Assembly (NCBI GenBank): GCA_963727825.1
Contig: CAVSHO010000011.1
Span: forward strand, 64,001-128,000
Origin: Ignavibacteriota bacterium
Lineage (GTDB): Bacteria > Bacteroidota > Ignavibacteria > UBA10030
Direction: 5' to 3'
DNA: 64,000 nucleotides
This document shows, piece after piece, positions 30,351 to 39,234 of this stretch (within the stretch, counting starts at the first letter, position 1; every line of letters begins with the position of its first letter). The notes below the pieces were generated by a model. It had not been told where the DNA came from. It did not search any database and saw only the letters and a list, made by a program, of their open reading frames with translations. The position numbers and the translations under genes were made by a program.

Positions 30351-31568
30351 GTGGCTGATTTTATAAGAATGATCGCTTTATCCCCGACAATGGAAGAAGG
30401 AACGATAATCAAATGGAATGCCATTGTCGGCGAGAAGATTACGGCCGGCAGAGTAATCTGCGAAGTCGAGACCGATAAAGCTTCTATGGAATACGAAGCT
30501 ACCGATGATGGATTTCTACTTGAGATACTTGTAAAGGAAGGGGAAATTGCAAAAATTGGAGATTCGATTGCAATTATCGGCGAAAAGGATGACGACATAA
30601 CAGAATTCAGGAAAAAAGCTTCGATCAGTTTATCTGAAGAAAAGGAAATCAAGGTTGAAGAGAAGAAAGCTGAAAAGAAGCAAGATGAGAAAGAGCCAGT
30701 TTTAGTAAACAGAATAAAAATATCACCGCTTGCAAAAAGTCTGGCTTCAAAAAACAATATAAACATAAATAGTATTTCAGGTTCTGGAACGGGTGGACGG
30801 ATAATAAAGGAAGATGTTGAAAAATTATTGTCCGGCAAAACGGGAACAATCGCGGCCAAATATGAAAAAGGAATAGTCAGGCCTGAGAATAAAGAAATAG
30901 AAATTACCAATAAGAAAAGAGTGATAGCAGAAAAGCTTTCAAAATCAAAATTCAGTGCACCCCATTTCTATGTAAAAATGAAAGTCATATGTGAAAACTT
31001 GCTAAGGACAAGGGAAAAGCTCAACCTTGAGGAGAAAATAAATAAGCTTTCATTAAACGCATTTCTCATAAAATTAGCAGCGGAATCGATTAAAAAACAT
31101 CCAATTATTAACTCCTCATGGATGGGTGAAAAAATTCTCCAGCACGGTTCGATTGATATAGGCATTGCAGTGGCTCTAGAAGACGGTCTTATTGTTCCAA
31201 TAGTCAAAGACTGCGGAAATAAGGGAATAAGTCAGATCGATTCTGAATTGAAGATATTGGTTGATAAGGCAAGAAATAATACGATAACACTTGATGAAAT
31301 CACAGGTGCAACTTTTACTATCAGCAATCTCGGTTCTTATGATGTTGATGAATTCACGGCGATAATAAATCCGCCGGGTTCTGCAATATTAGCTGTCGGC
31401 AGAGCATCGAGGGAAGTTATTGTAAACGAAAATTCCCAAATGGAAATTAAAAGGGTAATTAATTTTACATTGTCATGTGATCACAGGATAATAGACGGAG
31501 CAAGAGCTGCAATGTTCTTGAAGACATTCAAGGAGAATATAGAATTTCCTATAAATAGTCTTTTATGA
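30351..31568 (+). CDS. pdhC: Dihydrolipoamide acetyltransferase E2
   Basis: Lipoyl motif EVETDKA, E3-binding GSGTGGRI and catalytic CDHRIIDGA. GTG start after GAGGA. Confidence 0.93.
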   Translation: MADFIRMIALSPTMEEGTIIKWNAIVGEKITAGRVICEVETDKASMEYEATDDGFLLEILVKEGEIAKIGDSIAIIGEKDDDITEFRKKASISLSEEKEIKVEEKKAEKKQDEKEPVLVNRIKISPLAKSLASKNNININSISGSGTGGRIIKEDVEKLLSGKTGTIAAKYEKGIVRPENKEIEITNKKRVIAEKLSKSKFSAPHFYVKMKVICENLLRTREKLNLEEKINKLSLNAFLIKLAAESIKKHPIINSSWMGEKILQHGSIDIGIAVALEDGLIVPIVKDCGNKGISQIDSELKILVDKARNNTITLDEITGATFTISNLGSYDVDEFTAIINPPGSAILAVGRASREVIVNENSQMEIKRVINFTLSCDHRIIDGARAAMFLKTFKENIEFPINSLL

Positions 31569-31613
31569 ACTATAACCTTTAATGAATATCAAGTGCTTAT
31601 TATAGGAATTCCT

Positions 31614-31991
31614 ATGGTTTATCAATATGATGTAGCGGTAATTGGATCGGGTCCGGGCGGGTATGTCGCTGCTATAAGGGCAGTTGGGGTTAAAAATGAT
31701 AGTGAATGAAAAAGGGGAAGTCGGCGGTGTTTGTTTAAACTGGGGGTGCATTCCGTCCAAAGCAATAATTAATCGGGCAAAAATATTTTCATCGATACCC
31801 GACCTTGAAAATATTGGAATAAAAGTAAACCGGCTACTTTCAATTATGAAGCGGTACATGACAAATCGAGAATTGCTGCAGATCGACTTTCAAAAGGCGT
31901 TTCTTTTTTACTAAAAAAAAATAAAGTCGATCTTGTTTCAGGAAATGCAAAAATAATTGAACATAAGCTAAGAGACAATTTGAGATGTTAA
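31614..31991 (+). pseudogene. lpdA: Dihydrolipoamide dehydrogenase E3, frameshifted twice and truncated
   Basis: YDVAVIGSGPGGYVAAIRA, GGVCLNWGCIPSK and LSKGVSFLLKKNKV are separated by frameshifts. The gene ends after about 120 codons. Confidence 0.88.
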
Positions 31992-32158
31992 TTGCGAAAA
32001 ATTGTATCGTTTTCGTGCTTTCAACGTTTGTTTTTTGAGTCGTTCCCTATATGTAATAATCTCACAATGCCTTCTATAATATACATCGGCTGGGGTGATA
32101 CTCCAAACCTCTGATCGCATTATTTAACGCAGTAGAATATTTAATTACCAAATACAAA

Positions 32159-33070
32159 TTAATGGGTTGACGTATCACAAACTTCATTTTCTCTCTCAGT
32201 TTCAAGTGTACTGTGGTGAATATTTTTATGCTCAAATTCGTGTCTCAGTTTGTATTTTATTTGCTGTTCCTGATCCACTGTTGTCTCTTGTGCCAACACT
32301 AAATGAGCTGTTAAAGCATTTTCTGTTGTACTCATTGCCCATATGTGAATATGGTGCAAATCTTTCACCCCAGTAACTTTCATTGCGGTCGTTTTAATGT
32401 CGTCGAGGCGGATGCTTCTTGGAACTCCATCAAGTGATAAACGCAGGCTATCTTTAAGTAGTCGCCAAGTGCTGAAAAGGACAACAACCGACATTATAAT
32501 ACTCAAAACGCTGTCAATCCGAAACCAATTTGTGAAGAAAATCACGATGCCACCGATAACAAGCCCAAGGGAAATAATGGCATCGTTCACTAAGTGAAGG
32601 TATGCGCTCTTGATATTGATGTCTTTGTCCTTATCACGAAGGAAGATAAATGCTGTTCCCGAGTTAATGATAATACCTATTCCTGCTACTATCGCAATCG
32701 TTACTCCCGGGAGTGGTTCGGGATTTAAGAAACGGTGTACTGCTTCAGAAACAATTACACCGATTGAAACTAATAACAGCATTGCGTTAAAAAATGCAAC
32801 AAGGATGGATGTTTTGCCATAACCGTAAGTGAACTCACTACTTGATTTTCTTTTCAAGAGTCGAAAGGCCAGTAACGATAGCCCCAATGCTCCCACATCT
32901 GCAAGATTGTGTCCTGCATCCGAAAGCAATGAAAGTGAATGAATGAAAAGCCCGACGATGGCTTCGATTACTACAAACAATAAATTCAGGGAAATGCCAA
33001 TAATAAAAGCAGTGTTCACGTTTGTGAAGATGTTGGAAAGGCTATGTTGATATATGTGATTATGTTCCAT
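32159..33070 (-). CDS. czcD: Cation diffusion facilitator (Zn/Co/Cd) transporter
   Basis: SLLSDAGHNLAD, NIKSAYLHLVND and DLHHIHIW motifs. Confidence 0.88.
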   Translation of the reverse strand: MEHNHIYQHSLSNIFTNVNTAFIIGISLNLLFVVIEAIVGLFIHSLSLLSDAGHNLADVGALGLSLLAFRLLKRKSSSEFTYGYGKTSILVAFFNAMLLLVSIGVIVSEAVHRFLNPEPLPGVTIAIVAGIGIIINSGTAFIFLRDKDKDINIKSAYLHLVNDAIISLGLVIGGIVIFFTNWFRIDSVLSIIMSVVVLFSTWRLLKDSLRLSLDGVPRSIRLDDIKTTAMKVTGVKDLHHIHIWAMSTTENALTAHLVLAQETTVDQEQQIKYKLRHEFEHKNIHHSTLETERENEVCDTSTH

Positions 33071-33135
33071 CTTTTAATGTTGTGTTGTTGAAAAAATAAT
33101 TACTTAATTAATATGCATCATTAGCATTTCGTGTG

Positions 33136-33382
33136 TTCAAACAAACCGCGCTCCGCCCAATGATAAAAAAAAGCGGATAAAAAGCTGCGGCGTTGAAAAG
33201 TTCCGTAATGTACCCAAAGAAACATGTTCACGCTACCAGCCAAATTATTAAGCACCAGACCTCTACGCTCAATGTTGGTTACACTCACGCTTGCCTGCCG
33301 ACAGGCAGGCTCATTCCGTCAGCTTGTCCGAAGGACTCCTTCGGCAAAGCCATCCCTTCGGGAGGAGAGCCGCTGATTAGAC
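33136..33382 (-). mobile_element. Degenerate attC with palindromes in both L boxes
   Basis: TTCAAAC..GCT[CCGCCC..GCGGATAAA]AAGCTGCGGCG ... GTCAGCTTG[..]AGAGCCGCTG-ATTAGAC. Both R cores are mutated. Confidence 0.75.
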
Positions 33383-33404
33383 AGCAATCCATTGGGATCA
33401 GCCA

Positions 33405-33794
33405 TTACGCTACCAGCGTTGCAATCCACCATGTGTTGCCAGCAGGATCCTTGACGCCTCCTCGGCGATTGGGTTCCTCTTCTCTACGCTCCGGGGCCTG
33501 GACCGAGACTCCACCAGCCTCAAGTGCTCGTCGATAACAATCGTCGACATTCTCGACGTAGACATGCAAGTGTGCTGGAACAGGCGACCAATTCGTTCCC
33601 GCCTCGCCAATCATCACGACAGTATCGCCAATCTGCACTTCAGCGTGTGCGATAGAACCGTTTGGCATATCGAAGTGTTGCAATTCGCGAGCTCCAAAAG
33701 TCTTTTTAAGGAAGTCGATAATTTGCTGTGCGCCTGTCACGATCAAGTACGGCGAGACAGTGTTGTACCCTTTGGGTTTGAACGAAGCTTCCAT
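33405..33794 (-). CDS. VOC/glyoxalase (PhnB-like) protein (cassette)
   Basis: VSPYLIV, HAEVQIGDTVVM and VKDPAGNTWWIAT motifs. Confidence 0.9.
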   Translation of the reverse strand: MEASFKPKGYNTVSPYLIVTGAQQIIDFLKKTFGARELQHFDMPNGSIAHAEVQIGDTVVMIGEAGTNWSPVPAHLHVYVENVDDCYRRALEAGGVSVQAPERREEEPNRRGGVKDPAGNTWWIATLVA

Positions 33795-33825
33795 ACACGT
33801 CTCCAAGAATAATTAAATTGTTGTA

Positions 33826-33963
33826 GCCTAACGGGACCTCGCTAAGCTGCGGTACTAATAATTTTCAATATACACAAAACGAGACAAGTTCATTGAACAA
33901 TTGCTTCCCGATAAATCGGGAGTATTTTATTTACTGACTCTTTCCTTTTTAAACTGGTTATGT
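33826..33963 (-). mobile_element. attC site (variant subfamily)
   Basis: GCCTAAC..GCTAAGCTGCGG ... GTTATGT. Confidence 0.82.
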
Positions 33964-33973
33964 TGCAATTGCT

Positions 33974-36160
33974 TTATCTTAGTAACACAAGTTTCTTCGT
34001 CTCATTAAATGAGCCAGCTTGCAGGCGATAAAAATAAACTCCGCTGGACATTGTTGTTGCATTCAATTGACGCGAATAATTTCCTGCCGACATTTCTTCT
34101 GAGACAATTGTTGTCACTTCTCTTCCCAACATATCAAATACTTTTAGTGATACAAACGATTTAGATGGAAGACTAAAGGAAATAGTTGTTGATGGGTTGA
34201 ACGGATTGGGATAATTTTGTGAAAGAACAAATTGTCTAGGTACTTCATTTTTCTCCTGTGGCACTGATACTTCATTATCTGAAAGAGGCCGTTTCCATAC
34301 ACCGCCAGCAACTGTGCCTACATAAATATTACTACCACTTATAACAAGTGTGTTTATACTGTCATTCATTAAACCGTTATTGAATTGAGTCCACGTAGTA
34401 CCATCGTTTATTGAACTAAACACACCGCCATCATAAGTACCTGCAAAGAGAGTGTCGTTCCTAACTGCAAAGGATGAGATAGTTTTATATGTTAAACCAT
34501 TATTGATAGCAGTCCAATTTGTTCCATCATTTGACGAAAGGAATACACCGGCATTACTAGTCCCCGCAAATAGATATGAGTTGTTTACTGCAAGACACCA
34601 TATACTTGTGCTGATTAATCCGCTGTCTATTTTCGCCCAGTTAGTTCCATTATTTATTGAAAAATATACCCCATACTTATTGTTGGATGCATAAATCTTA
34701 TTGTCCTTTACCACAATAGAATAAAATGTAGAAGTTGTATCTAAACCATTGTTGACTGTATTCCAACTGTCACCGTTGTCTGTGGATAGTTTTATCCCAT
34801 CATAAGAGCCTCCACCAGCAAAAATATTTGAGCCACCTGTCCCATTAGAGTTATTAGCAAGAGATAAGACGGATGAGCTCATGCTCATCGTATTCCAAAG
34901 TGGTTTCCAACTAGTACCATTATCTGTTGAACAAAATCCTCCACCTCCATCAGTCCCGATAAATATTTTGTTATCATTAGTAATAGAGATAGCTGTTATA
35001 GGGAAAAGAAAAGAATTGTCATTTATTTGCGTCCAATTCGTACCGCTATTAGTAGAAAGGAATAACCCACCATTTCCTGCACCTGCATAAAGATTCGTTC
35101 CATTTGCTGCCAAAACATTAATATATTGATGAGTTAATCCCGTATTTCTTTGGGCCCAGTTCGTACCATTATTCGTAGAAATAAATACGCCTCCCTCAGT
35201 TCCAGCGAATATGTTTGAGTTGCCAACTCCATTTGAACTTACGAACAAAGCATTAACCTCTAAATTCAGTAAGCCCGTATTTTTTTGTGACCAACTTTTT
35301 CCGCTATCGGCTGAAAAATAAATACCCGTCTGATTAGGATAAAGATTACTAGTACCAACAATCAGATTAATTCCTCCTGAACCATTTGGAGAAAAAGCAG
35401 CTGAATTAGATTGTGTGTTACCATTGGGAGTAATATTTTCCCAACTTATTCCACCATCACTTGAATAAATCACACCATCACCTTCAAAAGCAAGTATATT
35501 GTTTCCACTGACACTTAATTTGATGAAGTCTGAACCGCTCCAATCATAGCCGCCCGTAGGCGAATTAAGAATTTGCCAGCTTACACCCTTGTCAGTTGAA
35601 ATATATATTCCGCCCCCATTATATGTTGCGGCATAAATATTTGTATCGCTAACAGTTAGATATCTAATCCTCTTAGTGTTTAAACCGTTATTGACATTTG
35701 TCCAAGTTGCACCATTATTAGCAGAAAGAAACACACCCCTTTGATCTGTCCCCGCAAAAAGGTTTGTTCCCATAGTGACAAGTGTCATTATATGGTTACT
35801 TTCAAAATTATTGTCAACTCGTGTCCAGTTTGCTCCGTTATCGGTTGAAGAAAATATTAGGGCATAATTTCCATCATAATAATATCCTAATACAAAAAGA
35901 TTAGAGCCACTGACAGCAATTGAAAAAATATCATTAAAAGAGCCTATTCCGTTGTTAATCGCCTTCCATGTTGTACCATTATTAGTTGACAAAAAAACAC
36001 CGTCTTGATATGTCCCTGCGTATAGATTTGAACCGCTTTGAGCAAAACATTTTATATTGCTACTGGTAGGACCGGTAGTTTGTATCCATTGTGCAAAAGA
36101 TGGGATAGTGTTTGTGAAAATACATCCAATAAGAAGCAAAAACTGAGGTAACTTTTTCAT
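33974..36160 (-). CDS. T9SS-secreted BNR/Asp-box beta-propeller protein (cassette)
   Basis: Signal peptide, many STxNGxxW repeats and a C-terminal LSQNYPNPFNP...GVYFYRL domain. Confidence 0.9.
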   Translation of the reverse strand: MKKLPQFLLLIGCIFTNTIPSFAQWIQTTGPTSSNIKCFAQSGSNLYAGTYQDGVFLSTNNGTTWKAINNGIGSFNDIFSIAVSGSNLFVLGYYYDGNYALIFSSTDNGANWTRVDNNFESNHIMTLVTMGTNLFAGTDQRGVFLSANNGATWTNVNNGLNTKRIRYLTVSDTNIYAATYNGGGIYISTDKGVSWQILNSPTGGYDWSGSDFIKLSVSGNNILAFEGDGVIYSSDGGISWENITPNGNTQSNSAAFSPNGSGGINLIVGTSNLYPNQTGIYFSADSGKSWSQKNTGLLNLEVNALFVSSNGVGNSNIFAGTEGGVFISTNNGTNWAQRNTGLTHQYINVLAANGTNLYAGAGNGGLFLSTNSGTNWTQINDNSFLFPITAISITNDNKIFIGTDGGGGFCSTDNGTSWKPLWNTMSMSSSVLSLANNSNGTGGSNIFAGGGSYDGIKLSTDNGDSWNTVNNGLDTTSTFYSIVVKDNKIYASNNKYGVYFSINNGTNWAKIDSGLISTSIWCLAVNNSYLFAGTSNAGVFLSSNDGTNWTAINNGLTYKTISSFAVRNDTLFAGTYDGGVFSSINDGTTWTQFNNGLMNDSINTLVISGSNIYVGTVAGGVWKRPLSDNEVSVPQEKNEVPRQFVLSQNYPNPFNPSTTISFSLPSKSFVSLKVFDMLGREVTTIVSEEMSAGNYSRQLNATTMSSGVYFYRLQAGSFNETKKLVLLR

Positions 36161-36199
36161 GTAAACAAATCCTTATATAAGTTGTGGAGAGCAATTACA

Positions 36200-36418
36200 A
36201 CATAACGATGGCGCTAAGTTGCGGCGTTGATAAATTACGTGTTTTGCATCCAACAAGACAAGTTCCACGTAGATTCTTTCCAATTTCACCAAACTTCTGT
36301 TCGCCAAGTAATTTAGCACTCACGCCTGCCTGCCAGTAGGCAGGCTCATTCCGTTAGCCTGTGCGAAGGACCCCTTCTGGCAAAGCCATCCCTTCGGGAG
36401 GAGAGCCGCAGGTTAGGT
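36200..36418 (-). mobile_element. attC site (first of the array), L'' interrupted by nested palindromes
   Basis: ACATAAC..GCTAAGTTGCGGCG ... AGAGCCGCAG-GTTAGGT. Confidence 0.85.
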
Positions 36419-36645
36419 GGCGGCGAAATTATCTTTTGGGCTTGCCAAATATTTTTTATCAATAGAATATTTGGGTCCCATATTCGACATTTGCCATCCC
36501 ATCACAACCCTAAAGACATCTGGCTGGATATCGTATGGGTTTAATATTTAATTGCTCTGACATCTTCTTACCAAACGAATGTTCGTCGCGGTCTCACACC
36601 TGTTCGCTGAAGCCGCGGGACAGCTTGAAAGTTATTGCGGTTCAG

Positions 36646-36921
36646 TCACGCTCCACCAGTTGTAGGATCAATGATCGATTTAATTTCTGATACTACATTA
36701 GCCGGAAAACCTCCCTGCTGAGCATGCTCACGCACCATCTGCTCGTCGGGGGCAATGTAGACACAGTAAATTTTATCCCCAGCGACATAACTTTGGACCC
36801 ACTGTATTTGTGGGCCCATCTTGTTGAGCACACTGCAAGACTTCTGCGAGATGGATTGAAGTTCTTGTTGGGACAGCTTGCTCGCTCCCGGAATATTGCG
36901 TTCAATGAGATATTTTGGCAT
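36646..36921 (-). CDS. DUF4242 domain protein
   Basis: MPKYLIERNIPGA, QWVQSYV, KIYCVYIAPDE and HAQQGGFPAN motifs. Confidence 0.88.
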   Translation of the reverse strand: MPKYLIERNIPGASKLSQQELQSISQKSCSVLNKMGPQIQWVQSYVAGDKIYCVYIAPDEQMVREHAQQGGFPANVVSEIKSIIDPTTGGA

Positions 36922-37187
36922 AGAAAATCTCCTTTTGAGTGGATTATTAGATTAGTCTACTTGTTTTATCAACAGCGAATAAAAAACATTAGTTCCAAGC
37001 ATCCCATTCTATCATCATCACCCTCTTATACAATTTGACAAGATGACAATATGGTATAAGATAATGGTCATGCGATCATCACGTTTAGTGATACTCCTTT
37101 TCTTGAAGGCTTTTGGGGACTTAAAAAGGAACAAGCCTCAAATCTTTCTCAACCAATCAATTAACCAAAATCAAAGGAGTACTCTTC

Positions 37188-37397
37188 ATGAAGATCAAAG
37201 TATTGAAACTCGGTGAAGTTGCAACAGAAGTTGATACTGCTTCATGTGCAACAGTAGCAGATGTTATCAAGCAAACTAGCTATGGCGAGCACGGTTACAC
37301 GCGCACGCTGAATGGCCAGATCGTGTTTGATTCAACTCAGGTAAAAAACGGGGATGTGGTTACACTGGCTCCTAAGGTTGAGGGCGGAAACAATTGA
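37188..37397 (+). CDS. Ubiquitin-like (MoaD/ThiS beta-grasp) protein ending GG-NN
   Basis: ATVADVI, LNG, VKNGDVVTLAPKVEGG motifs. Strong AAGGAG RBS and an upstream TTGACA..TAAGAT promoter-like sequence. Confidence 0.8.
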   Translation: MKIKVLKLGEVATEVDTASCATVADVIKQTSYGEHGYTRTLNGQIVFDSTQVKNGDVVTLAPKVEGGNN

Positions 37398-37452
37398 ATT
37401 CAGAAAGGTGGACTCTCTCGGTTTCGCTTTTTTCATTTCAAGGAGCATACCT

Positions 37453-37794
37453 ATGGAACAACTTATCTGGAATATTCTGAATAAATGCTGGCCGAAAGAT
37501 GATTTCAATGTTGTGCCTGCAGAATATGGACAGTTAAAATCATTTCCTGATGATGAAGTCAGCGTTGTGTAGCCAATTCTTTCAAAGGATTTTCATTTCG
37601 AGATGATAGCGGGTGTTCGTACAAAGCACAGCTCTGAGATCTTCAAGAGCGATAAAGCTTATAATCATGAACACGAAGGATTGATACTAGCAAGGCTCAT
37701 CGGATCGACTATCTACATCCTCTTCTCGGCAAATGATGTACCTTTTCAGAATAACGACGTAAGAGCGATTTGTTCGAGTCTGTTCATTTCTTGA
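37453..37794 (+). pseudogene. Hypothetical gene downstream of the Ubl with an in-frame TAG at 37570-37572, probably truncated
   Basis: AAGGAG RBS before ATG 37453. The two ORF-track pieces are in the same frame. Confidence 0.6.
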
Positions 37795-37812
37795 ACTAGA
37801 TAAAAAGATCAG

Positions 37813-37841
37813 AAAGCGGCGGCAATGGTTGCCGCTTTTTT
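37813..37841 (+). terminator. Intrinsic terminator
   Basis: AAAGCGGC-GGCAATGGTT-GCCGCTTTTTT. Confidence 0.7.
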
Positions 37842-37916
37842 ATCGCTTGAAATTCAAATAAATAAAGTGTAGTGTTCCGACATCCAATATATGAGTTAGC
37901 GGACAAAAGGATATCT

Positions 37917-38348
37917 ATGGATAGAACATCGGTATTTGTATTTATCTTAGTGTGTAGTTTTGGTAGTATAAGTGGATTTATATGGTCTCTAAGAAATCTT
38001 TGGCTAGGTATACGAAGTCAGTATTGGGATCGAGTTGACTGTGAGATTATTGAGTCTCGATTAAGCCTGTCTATTAAGCCTTATCCGGTCATTTCCTATC
38101 AATACAAAATTGATGGCATACCTTGCAAAGGGAAGAGGATAAAATATGGTGGCGTACGTCAAGGTTATTTCAGAGCAGGTGCTTATTGCGATCAATATGT
38201 CAAAGGTGAAACATATCAGGTAAGTGTTGATCCAAATAATTTTAAAAGAAGTGTGTTAGAACCCGGCCCTTCTTCGCAAATCTATGTGTCGATTTTCCTT
38301 TGTATACTTCTCGGATTAATAGGTTTAAATGGGTTACTAACATTCTGA
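37917..38348 (+). CDS. DUF3592 family membrane protein
   Basis: TM - W..V.CEIIES..YPVISYQYKIDG..VSVDPNN..SVLEPG - TM architecture. Confidence 0.75.
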   Translation: MDRTSVFVFILVCSFGSISGFIWSLRNLWLGIRSQYWDRVDCEIIESRLSLSIKPYPVISYQYKIDGIPCKGKRIKYGGVRQGYFRAGAYCDQYVKGETYQVSVDPNNFKRSVLEPGPSSQIYVSIFLCILLGLIGLNGLLTF

Positions 38349-38433
38349 TGAACTCTTAAAACCTCTGCCTTCTGATTATTTGACTTTTCAACGTAAATAG
38401 AGTGTCTTTATAGCTTAGGAAACTGGGCTATTT

Positions 38434-38877
38434 TTATATATATCTATACGCGGATACATTTTCTGAATATTTCGGTAATTTGGTTGCTGATAGTTTATCC
38501 AGTCTCGGATAATTTTTTTGAATATATTGTTGATGTTGTGTATTGATGGCGGAACGCAGGTTCGGATACTTTTTTATTTCATATTGGCTGAAGCGATTTG
38601 CGGTCGGTGAAGCTGAAATCCGCCATTTCGACAACATCCCTATATTGTGTGACGAGATGGCAAAGTCCATATTTCTAGAGGGAATCGAACTAATTATAGG
38701 AACGCAAAGAATTTTTTCAGAATTACCCAAGCGCTGACTATTGCCGCGAATCCAGTTTGGCAACTGTTCCATCCCCCAGTGACTATTCATCATATCATAC
38801 ATAGTCACTAAAATCCATGATTCTGATTCAAATTCAAACAAATGACTATATTGACCATAATGTCCATACTTTTTCAA
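38434..38877 (-). CDS. Hypothetical protein or remnant of a mobile-element replication gene
   Basis: 147-aa ORF overlapping ATAGTCA repeats. No recognisable motif. Confidence 0.3.
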   Translation of the reverse strand: MKKYGHYGQYSHLFEFESESWILVTMYDMMNSHWGMEQLPNWIRGNSQRLGNSEKILCVPIISSIPSRNMDFAISSHNIGMLSKWRISASPTANRFSQYEIKKYPNLRSAINTQHQQYIQKNYPRLDKLSATKLPKYSENVSAYRYI

Positions 38878-39039
38878 ACTTTCTCTTATATATGTATATG
38901 TGTATATATCATTACTCTATCATAAATATTATAACTAACTAATAAAAAGTATAGTCAACATAGTCATTCCTTCAGATTCAGGCCATATTTGATTGCTTTT
39001 TGCTGACCATCTGTAAAGTGCAAATTTACAGTATAGTCA
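38780..39039. repeat. Cluster of ATAGTCA/TGACTAT heptamers around an AT-rich core (iteron-like)
   Basis: Exact copies at 38780, 38801, 38843, 38951, 38960 and 39033; TGACCAT variants at 38852 and 39004. Confidence 0.55.
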
Positions 39040-39198
39040 TTTCATATACACGTAACCATTACCTATAGGGTGTATGGTTTTGTGTTTTGTTTAGATATAG
39101 AATCCATTTTTTCTCAAGATTAACTTGCGGAAATTATTATATGGTATTACCTTCTAATCAATAACTAACTAAAACTTTTGACAAAATTGCGTACAAAT

Positions 39199-39230
39199 AA
39201 AAAAGGTGTCCGAAATTATCAGACACCTTA
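39199..39230 (-). terminator. Terminator after tRNA-Phe
   Basis: AAGGTGTC..GACACCTT stem with a T-run on the minus strand. Confidence 0.7.
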
Positions 39231-39234
39231 CTTG

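Noticed and set aside
11278-36418. CRISPR array or IS ends as an explanation for the intergenic repeats
   Set aside because: The repeats are long, imperfect and separated by whole genes. No cas or transposase gene is visible, and the R/L box structure fits attC.
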